From Octopus vulgaris (Eukaryota): 64,000 bases of DNA. The first letter of the stretch is position 1; every line of letters starts with the position of its first letter. The stretch lies in assembly GCA_951406725.2 (NCBI GenBank), contig OX597821.1, positions 79,112,001 through 79,176,000 of the forward strand, given 5' to 3'. Positions 1 to 64,000 of the stretch are shown in pieces. The translations under genes were made by a program, and so were the position numbers. Under the pieces are notes generated by a model, which saw only the letters and a list, made by a program, of their open reading frames with translations, was not told the origin of the DNA and searched no databases.

Positions 1-704
1 AATATTTCATCAGCATTCCGCTAATGAACTTAACTCTAGTTTCAGAATTCATTCAAGGTTCGGAACGTGGGTCGTAGTCCCCTCCACAATTCAGAATCGC
101 AAAACATAAATACACTGCGACACAAATTCTTTTCCGCAACAGCCACTGCCTTACTTAACATTGTCTCAAAACAGATCAATGAGGGGAAGGACCGCATCAC
201 ATTTCAAGAGAATCTGGACAAAGTTTTTCAAGGGATGTCAGTAAACCACCTATGCATGGATATAACTGAATCAACAAGAACTCGTTACTCGAATGGGCCA
301 TGATACCACAAAATATGACATAAGAAGGATTTAGCAAATCCTATTAGGTTGTACTATTAAGTTAGACATGACCTGGGCCTATCTTTGGTCGAATACCTCT
401 GAATTATATATATCTTCGACCAAATCTAAAGAAGACCATTTGTTTGATAGTAGGCGCCGAAAAAGAGCGACGGGTAGTATTACCACAAACTGCCCATGTT
501 TTTAAGCACCTGAAAGTCAGAGACAGACGAGACAACTCGCCCCAAATTCCATTCACATGGACGTCAATGTACATAGTACATTGACAGGATGATACCCATC
601 TCGTTTAAATCAAATAACATATTATGTGATCGATGATGTTTGTAACACGAGTGTTGCTTCCATTCCCTATTTGAATAAATAATTATATAATATATAATAT
701 ATAT

Positions 705-1010
705 GTGGAGGCGCAATGGCCCAGTGGTTACGGCAGCGGACTCGCGGTTGTAGGATCGCGGCTTCGATTCCAAGACCAGGCGTTGTGAATGTTTATTGAG
801 CGAAAACATCTAAAGCGCCACGGTTCCGGCAGGGGGTGGTGGCAATCCCTGCTGTACTCTTTCGCCACAACTTTCTCTAACTCTTTCTTCTGTTCGCCTG
901 CTCGCTTAGCCAGCGGGGTGGCGTCATTTGAAAGCTAAAACAATGCGAAGCGCATTGTGACCAGCGATGTTTAACAACATATGATAGCCTGGTCGGTCAC
1001 GGTGATCACG
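705..1010 (+). mobile_element. tRNA-derived SINE, family A
   Basis: A box TGGCCCAGTGG and B-box-like GCTTCGATTCC; homologous copies at 39900-40203 and 62100-62190. Confidence 0.8.
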
Positions 1011-1388
1011 GTTTTCGTTCTTCTGCTGAACATAATTGTTTTTCCCGTTTTCGTTTTCGTTTCGTCTTGTTCCATGTCTCTGTCCTTCTGTTGTAACAAA
1101 ATGTCTTCTCCGTTTTCGTTCTGTTGATTTTTTCGTCTTCTTGTGATGTCCTGTACGTATATATATATTTATATATGCATGTATATAGACATGTAGATGT
1201 CGGTACGTACATATATGTTTGTATGTATGCATATATTTTATTTATTACACTATTGTCTGACAGCGCTTCGCGTCGGGTTCGTTTGAATTTTCGATTTTTC
1301 GAATTCTCACTTCGTTCCGTTCCCTCCTCTTTGTCCGTTTTTACAGTTTACTACAATGATGCGAAACTCTCCCCCTTTGCTTTAACTT

Positions 1389-1420
<32 letters not shown>

Positions 1421-2156
1421 GCTATCTCTACCTCACCCTTCTCTCTAGCCTGTGTCTTCCTCTATCTGTCTGTCTCTCTCTCTCCTACTCCTCCTCACTT
1501 TCATCACTGCTAAACCTTTCCGCCTGTTGCATTCAGGCCATAAGGTCATGTTTCCCCGCGCTCGCCAGTTACCCTCTCGTCCATGCCAGAACAAAGGCTT
1601 CCGTTCGTCTTTTTCGTTTGTTCTCTTGTTTATTTTTGATTTCTCGTATTGTAATTTAATTCTCGTTATGTATTTTCGTGTACATGTATCTTTAATTTTG
1701 TATTATTTTTTCTTGTATGTATTTTTTGTGCAGTTCTTTGTTACGTCCCTTTTTGTGTTACATTTTTTCTTGCTCGTTTACCCCTCTACGAGTTTATTTT
1801 ATTTTAATTCTCTCGTAGGAAGGCTTAGCTTGACCTTACGTGTTCTGTCTCTGCCTTCGAAACACGTGTTTGCTAGCGACAGCTGATGAAGGGGATTTTT
1901 CCTTGTGTAGCATGTCCTGTACTTCGTTTTTCTGTTGAACATAATTGTTTTTCCCGTTTTCGTTTTCGTTTCGTCTTGTTCCACGTCTCTGTCCTTCTGT
2001 TGTAACAAAATGTCTTCTCCGTTTTCGTTCTGTTGATTTTTTCGTCTTCTTGTGATGTCCTGTACGTATATATATATTTATATATGCATGTATATATACA
2101 TGTAGATGTCGGTACGTACATATATGTTTGTATGTATGCATATATTTTATTTATTA

Positions 2157-2160
<4 letters not shown>
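1011..2160. repeat. ~240-bp near-identical direct repeat (about 1011-1251 and 1924-2160) around a pyrimidine-rich core; probable non-autonomous Penelope-type element
   Basis: Duplicated ORF translations 924..1232 and 1836..2141; ends in (TA)n. Confidence 0.6.
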
Positions 2161-2212
<52 letters not shown>

Positions 2213-2749
2213 AATTGAGACTTAGATGCAGCCCGGGATCGGAAAACAAAATTGAACATATATAAGCAATGTGTGTGTAATTTTAGTTCGGGAACGGGTT
2301 GCATTACGCCTTGTGTTACAAACACCGGGAAGTAAGTGGTGTATAATCGTGGCAACTTATATCAGGACCATTTGCAAAGTGGCAGACATAGATATTTTTG
2401 TTGTGACTTTGTAAAGCAGCATACAAAACATGGCCTGCTGGAAGCTATATCGCTGACTATTACTAAATGTTAAATGGTTTATAAATTTTAAATTCCTTTA
2501 TTAGCATGTCCCAACATTTCACACCACGGCAAAAATTCAAATATGGATTAGAGTTTAAGTCATTTAACATGTAGTCATAGTCGGCAATATAGCTTGCAGC
2601 AGATCTTGTTCGATACGTGACATTGAAAAGCGATCTGATGTGAGGTGTCTCACTTACCTTTGAATTACTCTCAGGTGTTTTTAACACCTGGCGGATTAAG
2701 AATATATTATCTTAAACTTAAAACGCAGCCGACCCCTGAAATAAGAATG

Positions 2750-2793
<44 letters not shown>

Positions 2794-2814
2794 CACACAC
2801 ACACATATATTTCA

Positions 2815-3020
2815 AAATGTTACCTCGTGTGTACCGTTGGCGATTTTTTCTTCTGTCTTCCCTTCTCTGGATCTTTCCTTCTCCAATGTTTCCGACGAAG
2901 AGCTCCGCTCGAAACGTTAAACCCTCTTTCTTTCCTTCTTTCCTGAGCGTCCAATAATACTATATTTTTTCCACGTCCTCGCGTTGTTGTGTTTTTTGTG
3001 CTTTCTTGTTTGGATTAACT
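2815..3020 (+). mobile_element. Short ~200-bp interspersed repeat carrying a minimal hammerhead-like motif (2888-2922)
   Basis: GTTT-CCGACGA-A-GAGCtccGCTC-GAAA-CG-TT^AAAC; second copy at 34810-35000 on the minus strand. Confidence 0.65.
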
Positions 3021-3031
3021 GTATATATATA

Positions 3032-5165
3032 CTAGCAGAATTGCCCGGCGTTGCTCGGGGCTGAATTGTTTGAAAGTACTGTTAATGATTGCACTGAATT
3101 ATGATGATTATTCAGGCAAATATTGATATAAGTTTACGGTGGGAGATAAGGACTTAACGATAAAACGTGTGCCATTGCATTGTTTTGGGGGAACCAAATT
3201 TCTGATGAGCATTATAGGGGCACCAACTTTAAGTTTGAGAAAGTGTGGTGGTAGTCCGGGGTGCTCAAAGGAATTGAGTACCTCTATTGGATAGTTGATG
3301 ACGTCCTCTGGGTCAGGAGTTGTATCGATAGACTGATATACATAGACTTCCCCAGGAATGAGTTTTAGCATTTCATCATTAATATGGTGAACAGTTTTAT
3401 TCCTCGGGGCCAGTATAGCCTTTTTGCCAATCCAATCCATATTCTGATAATTAGTTTGTAGATCTGGGGACACTGCATCTCTGAGATCAGAAGGCGTCTT
3501 AACAATGGTACAAATGGAATCGATGGCAATATTGCCATTTTCATCCCCTGGTATTTTGCCTTCGCCAAGTGCAAGGAGGGTGTGAGGAAATGCTGCTGAT
3601 GTGATATTACGTCGCATATGAGCACGCATATTGGTGTGAAGTTTGAGAGTTACTTCCCTTTATTTAAATAAATATGCATTAAAATGGAAAAAAATGATGG
3701 TAAATTATTTGTAAAATCATAGACTCATCGTAGACGCGCGCTAATACCCAGAAGGGCTCGATATGGATCACGACTATAAGATACCCGGTTTTGGTTAAGC
3801 TGCATTGCAAAATGTGGGAGTAGTTAGGAATCTAAATCGGAGTAGACAGAAACACAACCTTTCTTTTATATATAAATATTTTCGTCCTAAAAAACTTTGT
3901 ATGGATTGAATGGTTACCTCTATGGAAATATATACACGCACATTATATATACATGTGTGTATAGATGAATATATAAATACATTTAAATATCTATATACAC
4001 TTTTGGGCGATCTTTCTTTTTCTTAGAGATAACTTTAGATCTTATATTCGTCCTAAAAACTTTGTATGGAGTGAAAGGTTACCTCTATGGAAATATATAC
4101 ACGCACATTATACATACATGTGTGCATAGATGAATATATAAATACATTTAAATATCTATATACACTTTTGGGCGATCTTTCTTTTTCTTAGAGATAACTT
4201 TAGATCTTATATTCGTCCTAATATGGAGTGAAAGGTTACCTCTATGGAAATATATACACACACATTATACATACATCTGTGTATAGATGAATATATAAAT
4301 ACATTTAAATATCTATATACACTTTTGGGCGATCTTTCTTTTTCTTAGATAACTTTAGATCTTATTTTCGTCCTAAAAAACTTTGTATGGAGTGAATGGT
4401 TACCTCTATGGAAATATATACACACCCGTTATACATACATGTGTGCATAGATAAATATATATATACATTTAAATATCTATATACACTTTTGGGCGATCTT
4501 TCTGCTACTTGTATATACTTTAGATCTTATATTCGTCCTAAAAAACTTTGTATGAAGTGAAAGGTTACCGCTATGGAAATATATACACACACATTATACA
4601 TACATCTGTGTATAGATGAATATATAAATACATTTAAATATCTATATACACTTTTGGGCGATCTTTCTGCTACTTGGATATAGGTCTTATATTCGTCGTA
4701 AAAAACTTTCCTGTCACACACTCACGCACACACACACACGCATCCTCACACACACACACACACGCACACACACACACACACTCACACACACGCACACACA
4801 CACGTTAGCTTACAATTTTATTTATATATTTGCGTGTCTATGTGTGTAAAGTGGAAGTGGGAATGTAGAGTGAAATAGTCACTCACTACAGAAAGTGAAT
4901 TAGTTTCACTTTATTCGTTGCACACTGTGTGTGTGCGTTTGCGTGTGCTGTATCCCACACTAAGAGAAGCATTTGACTCATACACCACAATGTGAGTTTT
5001 CTCTAAATTTTGCTTAATTGGGGTTGAAATTTTAAAAAGTGGACCTGTCACGACCCGATGCATTCTACTCTTAAAAATGCTAGGTAAATTGTAATTGAAG
5101 AAATCCTATATTGTAGATTTCTATAAGATACAAAGTGAGGCAGATAAAATCTGCCTTTTATAATA

Positions 5166-5168
<3 letters not shown>
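3032..5168 (-). mobile_element. Helitron-derived element(s) with a PIF1-helicase fragment (about 3108-3650)
   Basis: 3' hairpin cccgagcaacgccggg then CTAG|T at 3032; helicase motifs AILAPRN and LKLKVGAPIMLIRNL...CNGTR; candidate 5' A|TC at 5168 (less certain). Confidence 0.75.
3880..4710. repeat. Tandem repeat, ~165-bp unit x5
   Basis: Unit start ttcgtcctaa recurs at about 3881, 4047, 4212, 4367, 4532 and 4692. Confidence 0.9.
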
Positions 5169-5228
<60 letters not shown>

Positions 5229-5588
5229 TGTGTGTGTATGTGTGTCTTTGTGCATATGCGTGTTTGTATCTGTAAGTATATATTGTGGAGACTGACATAA
5301 CTGCTGTCAAGGCGCTGATTTTAAATGTAGTGTTATATAGTAACATGTATACAAATTAGTCGCGCCAGGTGTCTGAAGTTACAAGAATTGTGTTTATATA
5401 AACATCTGTGTTATCTGTTTCTCTAGGGTTGGTCAAGTAATGTTTGCACCTCAGATGAGAATGCAATTAAATTTTGATAATTGATTACGGTGATTATACT
5501 TTTTCATATATAAACAATCATACAATTTTCTTATTCAACATTCACGTCTAATAAATCAGGTTTAGTTATATAAATAAAGACTACTTAC

Positions 5589-61823
<56,235 letters not shown>

Positions 61824-62099
61824 CTGGAACATAAAGTTCTTTTTCAAAATGGAACATAACTGTGAGAAAATTTGGGCTAAACGATTAGATGCTGAAAGTT
61901 ATGTAAAATTGGAACATAATGATGATTAGTTTCATGATGATGTGGGTGGCGATGATGGTGATGAAGATAATGCTGCTGCTGAAGATGATGATGAAGGAGA
62001 AGTGGTGGAGCATAATGGTGGTGGTACAGCTGATAAAGGACGTTGTGTTGGTAATACAGATGAATAGGATGATGAGGGGGAAAAGAATATATATATATA

Positions 62100-62190
62100 T
62101 CACGTCACGTGACCCACCAGGCTATCAGATGTTGTTACACATCTCTGGTCACAATGCGTTTCGCATTGTTGTAGCCTTCAAATGACACCA
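62100..62190 (-). mobile_element. Truncated SINE family A (3' part)
   Basis: cacgtgacc...cacaatgcgtttcgcattgtt matches the family A tail. Confidence 0.65.
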
Positions 62191-62690
62191 TCTATATACG
62201 CACATGTACAAGAAAAAAACAGGACTAAAGGTGAGTAATGCGAGTATGTGCGTACATAGACGTGTGTCTGAACCTTTTAGGTGCGCACGTGTATGTGTGG
62301 GATTGTATGTATATATATATATATAGTTTTTTTGTCGAATGGTGTGGGTGAGAATGTATTTCAAATGAGGGTGGATGAGTGTATACTTATAGGCGCATGT
62401 ACGTTGGTGTGCGGGCGCGCAGGTGTAGGTATGGACATGTGCGCTTACGCGAATACTATAAATATCTTACCCACTTACTTTTAGTCCCTCCCCTCAGCGG
62501 TCATTCAAATAGCCCTTTTGTCTTAATAACGGTCAGTCAAACAGTAATTTCCCTTTGTTTCACGGTCATTTTCATAGCATTTTCCGATGGACCGACAAAT
62601 GAAGAGATAGCGGCGTGGATTTCCACCCCACCTTCCGAAACTCGGAGTTTTATCATGGCTACCGAATAATTGTCACATATTACATTTACA

Positions 62691-62768
<78 letters not shown>

Positions 62769-62899
62769 TGTATGTATGTGTGTGTGTGTGCGCGCGTATA
62801 TATATTATATATTGATAGAAATGGTAAGGCAACAAATGAATGAAAGAGATATTTTGTAAATAGAGGAATTTATATGTAAATGTAATATGCGACAATTAC

Positions 62900-63230
62900 T
62901 ACTTTTTTCAGTCATTTCACTACCGTCATACTGGAGCACTGTCTTTAATCGAGGAAATTGATCGCAGAACTTATTTTTTGTAAGCCTAGAATTTATTCTA
63001 TCAGTTGCTTTTGTCGCACCTCTATCTTACGTGTCGTAATCACTCCAGCATCTGTTGTGAAGCGATGTTTTGGGGAACAAGGCACACTCTTTCAATTTCC
63101 GACGACCAAATCCAATTACAAGGCTTTTGTTTGACCGAGGCTACTGTAGAAGACATTTGCCAATGGTGCCACGGAATTTGACTGAATCCGGAACCACGTG
63201 GGCGGTGAGCAAGCTACTTACCACATAGCC
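62900..63230 (-). mobile_element. SINE family B (diverged)
   Basis: Homology to the other copies. Confidence 0.7.
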
Positions 63231-63638
63231 AAATTTTAGGAATGAATAAGGTGGTTTTTTTTAGATTTATCTTTCATGGACAACTTATAAAAATAGGCCG
63301 ATTACGATACGAATAATTGATTTTTTGGGGCTATTTTCTGAAGATAGTCTCTAAATCGTCTCTTCACTAGAAAAACCACAAAAATACACGCGCCTCTATT
63401 TACGGAACATGCTAACGGAAATTAGAAACAAAATAGATAGCCTTAGATTAGCTGATATCTGGTTCTGCCCCATGGAAGAGAATGCATACAGGAAATAAAA
63501 GAGATATTTATGCATACCTACTGGAAAGCAAACGCATGGGCATTTTTGGGATTTTTAAAATGGTGAGACGATATATCAAGGAAACTTTTTCTATGACTTT
63601 AATTGTAACTATCATTTATATATGTATATGCATACATT

Positions 63639-63696
<58 letters not shown>

Positions 63697-64000
63697 CATA
63701 TATATATACCACTCATAGTCACACATTTACAGACGTTCATTAGTGAGAATATTGAGGGAGATGCGATACAAAATGGGAATACTTTCGATAGTTACTAATG
63801 TTACGCCACCGCGCAAGCCCTAGGCCTTCCGATGCCACCACATGGCCCTCACGCCGGGAACAGCCCGGTTGCGACGGCGCTCAGTAAACCGAAAATCCAC
63901 TACGGGAACGGGGAAAGGCGGCGAACGTAACCAGGAACCAACACAACAAAAAAGAGATACACAGCGTAATTCAAACAATTTTTTTTTGCCAAACCAAAAG

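Noticed and set aside
1-25. CTGATGA on the minus strand at the window edge
   Set aside because: The rest of any ribozyme would lie outside the window, so it cannot be assessed.
67-303. 78-aa ORF as a host gene
   Set aside because: It loosely resembles a decayed LINE RT (TATALL...LDKVF) and has no splice support.
705-780. tRNA gene
   Set aside because: It is the tRNA-derived head of a multi-copy SINE and has no proper acceptor stem.
1851-1895. GAAA...CTGATGA as a type II hammerhead
   Set aside because: Core words and a palindromic stem III are present, but stem I cannot be paired convincingly.
2653-2690. Possible 30-nt next exon (ag|GTGTTAAAA...AAG|gtaagt)
   Set aside because: It reads into a TGA in the phase 1 required after exon 5589, and I found no bridging exon.
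3880-4710. Regular repeat array as a possible CRISPR
   Set aside because: Whole ~165-bp units repeat with no unique spacers, there are no cas genes, and the context is eukaryotic.

Overview
AT-rich, microsatellite- and transposon-dense animal genomic DNA. The SINE families and repeat landscape suggest an octopus or other coleoid cephalopod (inference). The ORF track misses the main feature, a spliced minus-strand gene that crosses almost the whole window. Reading GT/AG sites by hand gives 12 symmetric phase-2 micro-exons (11 of 72 nt, one of 69 nt), each encoding one leucine-rich repeat. They are followed by an LRR C-terminal cap exon and two exons that together encode a 12-Cys Ly6/uPAR (three-finger)-like domain. 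All 15 exons splice into one stop-free frame, and both ends of the gene appear to lie outside the window. The LRR exons were amplified together with their flanking introns in higher-order blocks, and one paralogous pair differs only at amino-acid-changing codons. The introns hold an intact, apparently young Penelope-like element (RT plus GIY-YIG, inverted terminal repeat) and at least six hammerhead-ribozyme motifs. Two of these have a compensatory U3-A8 core, and one lies in a 365-nt retrozyme-like rod. The rest is decayed Penelope, RTE, R4/Dong, L1/Tx1, Tc1/mariner, MULE and Helitron elements, MITEs, tRNA-derived SINEs and simple repeats.
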